A DNA stretch of 64,000 bases, from NCBI GenBank assembly GCA_973895155.1, contig OZ316899.1, positions 15,961,974 through 16,025,973 on the forward strand. The letters run 5' to 3'. A model generated the notes under the pieces. It saw only the letters and a program-made list of their open reading frames with translations. It searched no databases and was not told the DNA's origin. The translations under genes were made by a program, and so were the position numbers. Positions 13,630-24,291 of the stretch are shown piece by piece. Each line of letters begins with the position of its first letter. Position 1 is the stretch's first letter. Source of the stretch: Marsupella aquatica (Eukaryota; Plantae; Marchantiophyta).

Positions 13630-14062
13630 TTCAGTCTAACTGCGCTCGGCACGCGCGTTAGGTGGGTCTTAGGCCGCTATTATTAGCATAACGACAGTAT
13701 TTAGGTAATCATTAGGGGTAGGACATCATTAGGCAATAAGGGGGACTTCAGGTTTGGGCTGGCGGCGGGTCGCTATTCGCACACCCGGGTTACGAGCGTG
13801 GAGGGGCCCCTCCCTCGGGTCCGTATAACGAACTTAAGGAAGCGGCCACTGACGCACGCTGACTCAGACCGGCGGAGTGGCCTGTACACCACAAGCGTGA
13901 GCGGTTCAACCTATGGGCGTCGAGGAGACGTCGGGGATCGACAAGCCCTCAAAGTATAAAAGGGGAGCCAACCCTTTGTAGTGCACCAGTCCATCAGTCC
14001 GCGCGCCAGCTTCGACCCCTGCTCTCTCGTTCTCTCTAGGTCGCCACTACTATCTCCTCTGA

Positions 14063-14905
14063 ATGTCGCACACGATCCTCTCCAGCTCGGCCATTCGATT
14101 ATGGACGCAGTTCCTATCTACCGGAAGGCACTTGGCCGATTCATTGAAACACGCCAACCCGCGCCGATACGAGATCGAACGCAAATACGAGAGAGCCATC
14201 CGCCTAGCAGGACGACACCACTACGTCCTTAACTTTGACTACCCGTCTCAGAGCGAGCTTTATCGACCAGCTGAGGTATCTGGGTACTTCTTCAACGGAG
14301 ACAAATATATCGGGTTCTGGGAAGCATTGCTTCGGCTTCCGGACGAGGTCTTCAATATCCCGGGTACAATCGACCTGCAGCGACATCACTTCGACCACAT
14401 CCCTGCCCAGGTTCGGGCTGTCATTAACGGCGAGTCCAGTACCAACCGTTCGACAAGGGCGTCCGCACTCGCTTCGGAGAACTTCTACCAGCACCTGCAG
14501 AGCTTCATGGGAACTCGGCCATCAACCAACATGACCAACTCAGCCGGACCTGTACCCGTACCCGTACCCGTGCCCATGCAACCCCAGCCTCAACTTCAGC
14601 TTCAGCCTCAGCCGCAGCCTAGCCAAACCCCACCACCTATCACCCAGCCAGCACAGGTACGCTCCGTCATCAACGCTGTGGATCTTAGCGATGACGACGA
14701 GGCTACCCCACCCTTGACCAGGCGGCCCAGAGGAACAAGCGCGCGGGGGGCCGACACTATATCGTCCCCACCCCCTGCTCTGACCCCAGGAGCGGCCCCA
14801 GCAGACAACATAGTGACCGTGGCCGCCCCGGGCCCGTTACCAACCGCAGTGGCACTCCCCAGGCCCGATCGGGAGGATGGGGAAGTATCACCTTCCCCGA
14901 GTTAG
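14063..14905 (+). CDS. LTR-encoded protein, part A (3'-LTR copy)
   Basis: Identical 280-aa translation to 3962-4804. Confidence 0.75.
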   Translation: MSHTILSSSAIRLWTQFLSTGRHLADSLKHANPRRYEIERKYERAIRLAGRHHYVLNFDYPSQSELYRPAEVSGYFFNGDKYIGFWEALLRLPDEVFNIPGTIDLQRHHFDHIPAQVRAVINGESSTNRSTRASALASENFYQHLQSFMGTRPSTNMTNSAGPVPVPVPVPMQPQPQLQLQPQPQPSQTPPPITQPAQVRSVINAVDLSDDDEATPPLTRRPRGTSARGADTISSPPPALTPGAAPADNIVTVAAPGPLPTAVALPRPDREDGEVSPSPS

Positions 14906-16711
14906 TCACGGGGAAAGAAGAGGAAGGAATCCGCGACTGCATCCGGGTTACCGTTGGCCACGGTAGCCGTAGCCAAGGTGACGATGCATCGCATGGGGGA
15001 AAATGTTCATAGCAACATCCTCCATCCCAAGCATGCGGTGTACCTGAAGACTCAGGGATTTGAGCACCTCACCTCTCTCCCCTGGAACACTTGCAGGTAC
15101 TACGGGGAGGACATGACAGAATTCGTCAAGAATTATGACGACGTACGTCAACAGACTCGGCTGCAGGGAAGGAATATGTCCCTCACAGAAGAACGGCTCA
15201 AGATGATCTTCGGGTTACCCGAAGGTGACCATCGAGTCGAATCACGGGCTCCCGGGGGCAAGGGGGCCAAGTACCAATCTTCAAGTTTTCCCTCAGAGGG
15301 ATCAGTAGACAACGGGTTCGTGATGAGGACTTGCCTCATGCCCGAGATAGCTGAGCGGCTGGAGTTCCAGAGGTACGCTCTCCACATGATGGAACCCCGG
15401 GGGGAGATCTCCGCCGCCCAGGTTATCCAGGTCGAGAACTATCGACCTAGGAAATGGGCGTCGTACTTCGCTAAGAAATTCCATGAAGAGATGGAGCGGC
15501 GAAGGAAGACGCTGTACATTGGCGGGAAGGCGTATTTCGCTAGCCATATCGAAATCATTCTTGAGTGGTACGCCCGGTTTGATCGACGAACCCTTCCCCG
15601 CATCAACGTTACAAAGCTGGTCCCAACTAGGTGGGTTTTTCCGGCATTGGAGAGACGGCCCCAACCCGAGGCCCGAAGTCCAGTGGACACGCCAGCTTCA
15701 CCCACCCCACCTCCACAAATAGCTGTAATCGTAACCGAGGAGGCGTCGGAGGGGTCGGTCGTCGCAACCGTTGATGCGACCCAACTAACCGGGCTAAGTA
15801 CAGAAGTTGGTACGGCAGAGGTCTTACCCGAACCCGGGTCTCCCAAGGACCCGCCGGTGGCAATTCCGGAGAACCGGACATCGCTGCAGGAGGACACTCC
15901 AGCCCCTTCCAACGTTATGTCCCCAGGGCTGGACGTCACTGCCCCGGCCCCTGCGCGTGTTGATGTCTGCCCGTGCCCAAATCCGGACAGGCACAACTTG
16001 GACCACCCGGAACTCTTCGTACAGGGTACGTTTCTGAACGGGCTTCTGGGAGATTTCTCTCATCAAATTGCCCGGGATACCGGGGAGTTCATGGCCCGGA
16101 AGGTAGCCTGTTTCTTCAATCAGGAGTTGGTTGCCGCCGTAAAGGCAGGTCGGGCCCAGTCGGAGGCCCTTCAGAGGATAGAGCGGTACCGGGTGGAGTC
16201 CGTGTACCTAAAGAACAAAGTGGCGGCTCAAGAGGCTGAGCTTCTGCAACTACGACCCAAGGTTGCAGCCGCCGATGAGTTGTTAGCAAAGGCGTACGCT
16301 CTTACCGCCCTAGCCGAACAGGCCAAAGCTGGGAACGAGGCCGAGATTACACGACTCCGGAACCAGATTGACAGTTTGAAGAAACAAGCTGTCACCTGGC
16401 AGAAAGACCTGGAGGAGGCCGAGGAGCGAGCCCAGCGGGACGCGACGGAGATAGCCACGCTGCAGGCCGAGATGGCGCGGCTCCAAACCGAGGCCGAGAA
16501 GCAGGACCAGCTGGCGAGTAAACTGACTAGCGACGCCCAGCAGCTGGAGGAGGCATGTCAGGAGGCAGCAGAGGAGACGGGCGCGGCGAGGCGAGAGAAC
16601 GAATCTCTGCTGGACCAGGTCCAGCTCCTCAAAGCGGACAATGACAGGCTTCGAAGGCAGCGGGATGGCCGTTCCCATTCGGGCGGCTCTGGCAAGCGTG
16701 CCAGGCATTAG
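14906..16711 (+). CDS. LTR-encoded protein, part B: NLS-like GKKRK, plant retrotransposon accessory domain, low-complexity linker, coiled coil; in frame with part A behind one TAG
   Basis: About 600 open codons. EFVKNY...GRNMSLT...IFGLPEG resembles the accessory-ORF domain of plant Gypsy elements (Transposase_32 / plant-mobile-domain-like, by eye). Heptad-rich C terminus. Confidence 0.8.
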   Translation, partial: SRGKKRKESATASGLPLATVAVAKVTMHRMGENVHSNILHPKHAVYLKTQGFEHLTSLPWNTCRYYGEDMTEFVKNYDDVRQQTRLQGRNMSLTEERLKMIFGLPEGDHRVESRAPGGKGAKYQSSSFPSEGSVDNGFVMRTCLMPEIAERLEFQRYALHMMEPRGEISAAQVIQVENYRPRKWASYFAKKFHEEMERRRKTLYIGGKAYFASHIEIILEWYARFDRRTLPRINVTKLVPTRWVFPALERRPQPEARSPVDTPASPTPPPQIAVIVTEEASEGSVVATVDATQLTGLSTEVGTAEVLPEPGSPKDPPVAIPENRTSLQEDTPAPSNVMSPGLDVTAPAPARVDVCPCPNPDRHNLDHPELFVQGTFLNGLLGDFSHQIARDTGEFMARKVACFFNQELVAAVKAGRAQSEALQRIERYRVESVYLKNKVAAQEAELLQLRPKVAAADELLAKAYALTALAEQAKAGNEAEITRLRNQIDSLKKQAVTWQKDLEEAEERAQRDATEIATLQAEMARLQTEAEKQDQLASKLTSDAQQLEEACQEAAEETGAARRENESLLDQVQLLKADNDRLRRQRDGRSHSGGSGKRARH

Positions 16712-18134
16712 CGGCGGAGTAGGAATAGATTAGGATTAGGATTGGCTTAGTCAGGCTCTTGGGACAGGCACCTGCCTTAGGTACAGCAGCGCTGCCCTGC
16801 TGTCCAGCCTGCGTAGATTAGGATCTTCTAATAAGACACAGCCGTTTTCCGGCCTGACTGTCAGCTTAGTTAGGACCTTAGTCAGCGAATCTTCGGCGAG
16901 ATGACACCCCGTTCCTCGGCTCTTAGTATTTAGTGCACCCCTCGGTAGAGGCAAGGGGGGGTTTTAGTTTCAGAGTCGAACATCCGCGGGACATGCGGGG
17001 AGTCCCGACCTCTGGGAATGACAGAGTACTAAGGGGAGGGGGTAGGACTAAGCTCGCCGGGCGAGTGCGGAGCCGGGCTCCGTTGTAGTGTGCACCCTCG
17101 GCCTTGAACCTGTGCATTCCAGGGCTGTCGTGTCAACTAAGTGTACGCATATGTTCCCTTTGTAGTAAAATCCTTTCCCATCATTTTCCTTCGTGTAAAT
17201 CGAGATTGTATGCATGTGTGCGCATATGTGTGTGGGCTTCTCGTATATGGGTGGCAGCGCCAGGCCGAACGCACTACCCGAGACGTGCACAGGGTGCAGC
17301 CTGCGGGTAAGTGGTTGCGAGCACGGGTTGAGGACCTGTATCATCGAATCCGGATCGAAGGCGGACAGCACGAAGGCTTAGAAGCCCTTAAGCCGGGGTC
17401 GATCCTGCTATCGACTAAGGTACGTTCCGGCGGCGGAACACAAACCATACCTAGGAGGTGTCCGTATTTAGCAGTATGCGCACTTAGTGCTAGTTTACGA
17501 GAATAAGGTGCATTACGTGCTTCCCTTCCTGCCCGAACCCTCAGATTTACGAGGGATGTGCCCGTCTAAGCTGAAGTCTGAGTTAAGGCCGAAGCCTACG
17601 ACGTGACACGTTGCCATGACAATCATCCCAATTATCTACTTCAAGGGAAGGTGTTTATAATAGCGCCCGACGCTAGTATTTTGAGTGAGGGAGGAAAACG
17701 GTCATAACGGTAACATTTAACGATAACTTATGAGTTCCATGTGTTTTACACTTCTTCTACCGCTTGATTTAGCTAATTAAGTTCTCCGCAAACATACGTT
17801 GGAATCCGCCAAACTTACGAGCTTCTCGCTTTAATCCAAGAGTTCTGCTGAACTCCACCCTCCTTCTAGAATATATTACACGTTGAGAGTTGATTAGAGT
17901 TCCATAATTTCATTGTACGATATTTTGTACGCTTCAGGAAGGAAGATGATGGAGGTATTCCCCTCTTCATCCAGAGGGTATAGTGCAGTTCCTGACCAGG
18001 AGTGAGCTTATTCTGAATCCTTGCAGTCTTTGTTTACTGGTTCAGTTTATTCACGTCGTGTAACTCGTTCCACAAAATTGTTGCCACCTACTTCTGTTAG
18101 CGCTATTTTGGTTCCTAAATCTCTGCGTAGAAAG

Positions 18135-21100
18135 ATGGAGAACCTCGACACGATTGTGATCCAGGATGTTTTGGACTGCGCACTCGTGGAGACTGATCTC
18201 ATCTCAAAACATGTCATGTGTTTTGGAAAGGATTCTCATGGATTTGACAAGGAGCCGCCTCGAATCCCTCTATGCCGATTGGTTCACATGGAGGTGGTTC
18301 GTACTTTGCAGAAAGACAGCTCTTCCATCGAGAAGCTGAAAGACTCATTTCGCGGTATGGGTTACATTCATCCATAGGAATTCGTTTCTATGTGCAGCCA
18401 ACGGATGAGAATGGAATTTTTTTGACCTGTACCCAGGAGATTCCTGAGTCATGGGATCCAATTTGACAATTGGAGAACGAGAAGTTTGAGGCTAAATGCG
18501 AGGCCGACCCAGATTTTCTCGTGTTGAAGGATAAGATGTTCTCTGTCTTCGATGGAAATCATAGGCTGTACTCATGGACGCTTGTTATCGAGGAGAACCC
18601 AGACAATCCAAAATACCATCCTTGAGTGCTCTGCACAATATTTAAGGGAGACAAGGGATCTCTTATTGAAATTGAGGAAACTATGCACATCGTGAATCAG
18701 TAAGTTCTCGTTCTTTTTTGGTACCTTCTTTGAATCTTGCGAGTGTTCTATTTAAGAGCGCTCAGCGCTGGTTATAGATAAATTGTACTTTGACTCTAAC
18801 TCGCTGCGTCTCTTCATGTAGGCTTGGCCAAGCCGTTGTTGAGCCATCCTGGATCCTCGATGCAGATAGAATCAAACAAATTCTGGTGCATGACCTTGAG
18901 TATTACAATAAGCTGATTGACCCGGATAATTTCAACAAGTTTGAGAGCATTCGGCTGAAGACTCGGAAGGGGTCATGGTATACGAAGAAGATGCCACAGG
19001 AAGGCTCTTGTTTACATTCTATGTGAGAACAATATAAAGTCCTATTCGCACCAATTCAAGCTTGACATGGAGGCAGCCGAGGCTCAAGGGAGTCCCTGGT
19101 CGGTGGACGAGATTTCCAAACGGCATGCGGCCATGATGAAGGACGCAACCAAAGACTGGGCAGTGAAGTCCTCAAAAATTATGCCCTTGTTAAGTCCTGA
19201 ATTTGAAGATTTTCTTAGTACATGTGCAGAAATGTATGTTGTCACAGAGAGAAACAAGAGAGAGAAGAATCTTGACGCCGTCATATGTACAATGGACCGC
19301 GCCTGATTGTTCACTGCTATTTCTGCCCTAGACCCAAAGTTGCAAAGCACCCTACTTGTGGCACATTGCAATCCTGAGCTGCAGAGACAGTTTTTCCACC
19401 CAGCAAGTGTTAACAACAACCCAGTCAAACAATGGTGTCATACTTGGATCACTTGAAATAGTGTAGAGGGAATTGTTGTCGGCATGTTACATTCATGTCT
19501 GCGTGAAGTAGAGCAAACGATGCCCACGACTAGATTAGAAGAGTGGAATTGTGGTTCATTTGATGATCTCGTTCAGTTTGTTACAAACGAATTCAAGAGA
19601 TATGGTGATTCTGTGAAGAGTAAGTTCTTTCACACTATGTGGCCTTCAAAGTATCCAGACAAAGAAGACTACACCCAGAAAAACCAGAAGCGAGCTAAAA
19701 GGTATCTTTACAGGTTCTACATGCACATGGAGGTAACCAAACCTGATTACTTTTGGGCATATCCTGCAGCTTTCATGAAGTGGATTACAATAAGTGAGGA
19801 TGACGCCATAGTTGATTTGTACTCCATGTACCCAGCAGAGGGCATATTTCCTTCGAGACCTATGACAGAATGGGAGAGAACTCACTGCCCCTGGTATCTA
19901 GATACAGATAGATGGGATTCCCCTTTTGATCAAAGGGAGAAAGATGCATTCCATAAGCTTTCAAAGTCCCACATACCAGCAAAAATTGTGTCTGACATGA
20001 AGCAGGGCCTGCTAGACGATGTAGACAAGTCTACCACAGACTTGCAAAGTATCTGTGAAATGACTATTGTTCATGTGGACCGAAGTCGCAAACCTCGAGC
20101 GAAAGCAAAAGCGGAGTTAGCAGCACCAAGCGAGTCAACAAAATCTGGGAGGAAAAGTGAGTATAGTGTTCCATAGTTTGGCCAGCGCCTGGCGTTGGCT
20201 AGAATTGTCATGCAAATTCACATTTCTTTCTAGATTCTTAGGCCTTTGTTGAAACCTAAGTGATTTGCATTTGGTTAGCGCTTGGCGCTAGCTTGTTTGA
20301 ATACTCGGGATTTACTTGTTCTAACTAGGACCTATTGGTAATTTAGGAGGGAGGAAGTCTAATACTGCAGGAATAGGAGATACTAAATTGGATGCTACAC
20401 CTGAAGTTTCTGAGGCAAACACCGGAGCTTGATCAGACCCCATTACTCCTGTCGACAAGGGGAAGGTAATAGTTCTGGTCGACACCATAAGTACCAGGAA
20501 GAAATGAAAGAGAGCTATCAAAGGTGGACCTTCTTCAAGGGAGAGTGTTGCAGCATCTAGTGTCCAACGTGAAGTTGGAAACTTCAAAACTAGAGTGTCT
20601 CGTCATGCCATGGTTGAGACAAGCATATCCAATTTTTTTGACTCGACTTTCAACAAGGGGGAAAAACCTGAATGGGTTAGTAATGTGGAGAAGTGGGGGA
20701 AGGATCTCGTTAAGTTGGGATATTAAGAGAAGGGTGTTGTGCGAGGAGGAAAGGAAAGATCGTTTGGAGTGGATGCAGGTTTCATTTACCTACCGACCAG
20801 GTTCAAACCAACGAACATAGATAAGAAGGTTCCTAAATGGAACACTCCAGATCACTCCATGGCTAGATCTTTTTTCAAATCATGGATCCATTTCTATCAG
20901 ATGATGGGTTCCTTGCAATTCTACACAATGGGGAGTACGATCCCATGTCTCAAGTCATTGCTGCCTGTCAGGAGTCAAGAAAATTCCAGTGCATATGCAC
21001 GCATAATGTTGTAATGTCTGTCCCGATGTACGCGGCAAAGACAGACCGTCAGGTAATTATCTACTCTTAACTATATCGCGTTTTGAGTTATAACTCGTTT

Positions 21101-22131
21101 AACCTGGAGTTGCCAATTGACACTTAGGATTGCTTTTCACAGATGTTTACCCTCAGGCTGGACATATTTGGTCAAATTAATGGGAAATGTAAAATTCCCA
21201 AAGACCCTAAATTCCGTCCACTCTCCATCAGTGAGGACCCCTTGGTCACCAATTTGATTGGACTCCCTTCTCTCAAATCCGATCCATTCCTGCAAATGGA
21301 GTTTTCTAGAAATGCTCGCCTGTCTATCGGGTTTATGCAATCTGTCATCGAGCTTGTCACCCAACCTCGTGATATTTTTATGGATTGGACCGCTGGGGCT
21401 GGAAGCTCCTTCATTGCTGGAGACTTCTCCGGGAGGTTTGTGCTCGGGATAGAACATAGAAAAGAATTTATTGAAACCGCTTTGAAGGTTTTCATGGATT
21501 TGTTGTCTCCCAAAGAGATTGCGGTTTTACCTCCACCTGTTCCTACTGCCGACAAAAAGAAGCGAGATAAGCTTCGGTCGGTACTCAATTTTGATTGTGA
21601 TGATGAGTCCAATGAAGGTGAAGATGGAGAGGAACAAGGTACATGGGACTCAGAGGAGGAAAAGGAAGAACCTTGTGGATCTCTAGATGAAACCGATAGT
21701 GATGACTCTTCCAAGTAATGTTCATAAACTCGTAAGCTTCTTTCTCCATTCCCGTCAATTTAAAACATTTATGTGTTGTTTTGGAGAAAGGCACCTAACT
21801 TGCTGGATTTTGATTCATCAGGTCAGAGTGGAATGCGAGGAGACGTTTCAAACTGCGAAGGAGGGTTGCTAGACACAACATAGAAACACCAGAAAAACCT
21901 TTTGTTCTTCCCTCATATGCAGAGAAAGCCGCAAGGAAAGCCGAGAGTACAAGGACGCTTTGCTGGGAAAACAAAGGTCTTCGATTACAAAGGGGTGTTG
22001 ACAGGAAGTTCATTAAACATCCTTATGTTGATGACTTCTCCCGCAGCCAGTACGTAGATGATGAGGCTGTGTCCACGGACAAATCTGAGAGTACAGATTT
22101 TGGTTCCGAATCAGAATCTACAGAATCGTGA
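18135..22131 (+). pseudogene. Spliced ParB/Srx-like domain + N4/N6 DNA methyltransferase-like fusion gene
   Basis: IPLCRL...VR and VFDGNHR (18545-18565) ParB-like core. C-terminal FMQSVIELVTQPRDIFMDWTAGAGSSFIAGDFSGRFVLGIE matches beta-class amino-MTase motifs X/I/II. Predicted GT-AG introns at 18700-18821, 20157-20328, 21053-21142 and ~21715-21821. Several stops and frameshifts; an upstream exon near 17947 is possible. Confidence 0.8.
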
Positions 22132-22467
22132 CACGTATTGAGGAATTTAGGGAGAAATTCTTTACCAACGCCTGGCGCTAATACCAACTTATATTCAAAT
22201 CCTCTCATTGGGTCCTTATAAATTAATGTCTCATTACTTGTGTTTTTTACAAGCGCCAGGCGCTCGCCAAATGGTGATTCATAAAGCGAATATTTCCAGC
22301 TCTTATTTGTGTAACACGGCCGTTTGGTCTTTGTCGTGTCCTACCAACGGTCATCATAATGAGACAAATAGTAGGCAATACATAGTATAATATATGTTTT
22401 GGATACCAATGGCCATTCCATTTAGGTCCGTTAGTTTGCCAAGGAAACCCACATGGACTGTATTCAG

Positions 22468-22830
22468 ACGACATTTTTGGATCTCTAGGATGACATTTTC
22501 GGATCTCTTGTTGACAACATTTTTGAACGACATTTTTTGATCTCTTGTTGATGGCATCTCTCTCGGACGATATTTTTGGATCTCTTGTTGACAACAGTTT
22601 TCAAGGATGACACTTGTTGCGGACGACAAGTTTTTGGACCGACAATTGTTTTGGGACTGACGACCATTTTCTTCAATGACACTTTTTACGCACTTCAATT
22701 CTTGCGGTGGACAGTTTTTGGGCCCACGACCGTTTGCGGATGTTTTGCAGAAGATACAGTTTGGGCGTTTCGCAGGAGACATTTTTTGCGGACGACATCT
22801 TTCGGACCCACGACCTTTTGCAGGCAGTTT
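22468..22830. repeat. Degenerate short tandem repeat cluster
   Basis: Recurrent GACATTTTTGGATCTCTTGTTGA, then GACxxTTTTGGxCCxACGAC units. Confidence 0.75.
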
Positions 22831-22879
22831 TTGCATTTTTTCAGAGGGGAAGTTGACACTTGATCGGGCTCTATTCAAC

Positions 22880-23441
22880 ATGGAGAGAAATGGTGAGCTC
22901 ATGGATTGGGAGGCAGCGTTCCTCCCTTCTCGTGTGCATCCGAAAGAGAGCCATTTCAGTTCTTTTGAGTCATGGATGGAGACTGAAGAGACTGAAACCT
23001 CTACTTTCCGGAACCGTCACGCTCTATCGTATGATGAGGCTATTGATCCTGGAGAAAAGAACATCCCGTGGATTGTCGATGCTCCTCCGCTCCCATTTGC
23101 AAGCAGGTTCTTGTCTCATCAGGCTGTTCCTGTTGATGGTGTACTGCCAATCGATAGGAGAGTTCAAGAAATGTTTGGGCGAGTTGACTTTAAGGACAGT
23201 AATATTCCCAATGAAGGTTTTACGAGGGCAATGCGTCGGGGTCCTTTTGAGAGATACATTTGATTGCGTGGTCTTGGATTCAAGAAAAATCGGAGGAGAG
23301 AAGCGGCAAGAGTGGAGGATGATTGCAACTTTGAAAGCTAGATGCAATCACTTATTTGTTGTTCCTTCGGTTTTTCACAAAGAACGGCATCACATTGTTC
23401 AGTTTGGTGATCACTTTAAGCTAGCACCGAGCGCTGCTTAA
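22880..23441 (+). pseudogene. Unknown ORF (probable third gene of the DNA transposon, apparently frameshifted near 23255)
   Basis: ATG 22880 MERNGELMDW...GPFERYI continues in another frame as FDCVVLDSRK. Bracketed by palindrome copies; no recognisable family. Confidence 0.35.
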
Positions 23442-24000
23442 GCTCTTTTGATGTTTCGGGATGGAGTCACCCTCGGCTTAATCGTTAGGGTTTTTCCCGG
23501 TTGTTGTCTTCAGGAATTCCATAGTTTTTCCTACAATTGTTGGCTAGCGTCGAGCGCTGCTTTTGTTTTACTAGCAATCCTCAGCCGGGGTCGACTATGG
23601 CTTCTGTATATCGGATTTCTAGGCCTACAGGTTTTAACTTATAAGTGCGTTTTTAGGACTTGCGCCGAACGCATTTTGTGCTTTGCGATTATATATGACG
23701 GTTTTATTTTCCCCCTATGCATTTTGACATATATTGGTCTCGGATTTTGTTTATCTCAATTGTGAAACGGTTTTATTTGTTGTAAAATACATGATTCCAT
23801 TTAGTCCAATTTCCTTTCACGCGGATTTGATCGTCTTGATTTCTATACCAGTAGTTTGAAACGCATCTTTCGTCCCCTTTTTTCCTGATCACTGTTCACT
23901 GCTACCCAAACACTGTTCATTGGTAACAATTTCTTTTAGTTGATAACAATAACTATTTGTTGTTATTGTTATCTGTTTGCTGTCATTTGTAAATTCCCTG

Positions 24001-24291
24001 TGCTTCCGCCTCCCTAGGTCCCGAGCAACAAGAGAATGAGCGAGTATACAGAGTGTCGGTCCCCTCCCCGCGAAGCCGCCTCCTGATGGCTTGTGTGATC
24101 AAGCCCGGATTAGGTCATAACCCTAATCTCGCTTAATCGCAACCGTTGGATCCTACCCTATCGCAATCCTCCTTGCGACACATTGTAATCGGCTTCGGTC
24201 TTTATTTCTACCTTATACTATCTAACTAATTTTTATTCAGCCATTATTTTAGGCTTAACTAGGTACTTCGTGATCCTGGCAAGGCATCACA
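24001..24291 (-). repeat. 3' LTR remnant (first 291 bp)
   Basis: Begins TGTGATGCC after GGGGAGCTA on the minus strand. Similarity to the 5' LTR stops at 24001. Confidence 0.9.

Larger units (their letters stand above)
3496..17608 (+). mobile_element. Full-length Ty3/Gypsy (non-chromovirus) LTR retrotransposon with 4-kb gene-containing LTRs
   Basis: TG...CA LTRs, 5-bp TSD CGTTG (3491-3495 and 17609-17613), PBS, PPT, and GAG-PR-RT-RH-INT order. No chromodomain or additional RNase H seen. Confidence 0.98.
13597..17608 (+). repeat. 3' LTR (4012 bp)
   Basis: TGTGAT...GTGACA followed by TSD CGTTG. Confidence 0.97.
673..23558. repeat. Dispersed 13-23 bp palindrome (CT)AGCGCC-N-GGCGCT(AG), about 14 exact or degenerate copies
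   Basis: Copies at about 673, 815, 3144, 3203, 3332, 3479, 17661, 18757, 20181, 20276, 22167, 22252, 23423 and 23546. Confidence 0.9.
1..23600. mobile_element. Mutator-like (MULE) DNA transposon carrying transposase, ParB-methyltransferase and a third ORF; interrupted by the Gypsy element at 3496-17608
   Basis: MULE-type transposase remnants on the left. The flanks of the Gypsy insertion rejoin at TSD CGTTG. The same palindromic motif runs from 673 to 23558. Termini not identified: left end is outside the window and the right end is approximate. Confidence 0.6.

Noticed and set aside
14906-16711. LTR ORF as an env gene
   Set aside because: No signal peptide or transmembrane segment visible; it has an NLS-like motif and a coiled coil.
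3496-17608. 4-kb direct repeat as assembly artefact or tandem duplication
   Set aside because: TG..CA ends, TSD, PBS, PPT and dozens of scattered differences show a genuine LTR pair.
18135-22131. Bacterial contamination or prophage as source of ParB-MTase
   Set aside because: Contains GT-AG introns and is contiguous with plant retrotransposon insertions.
24001-24291. Element 2 having complete 291-bp LTRs
   Set aside because: No matching TSD, and the PBS lies 4.6 kb from the LTR start as in element 1. Truncation is more likely, though not proven.
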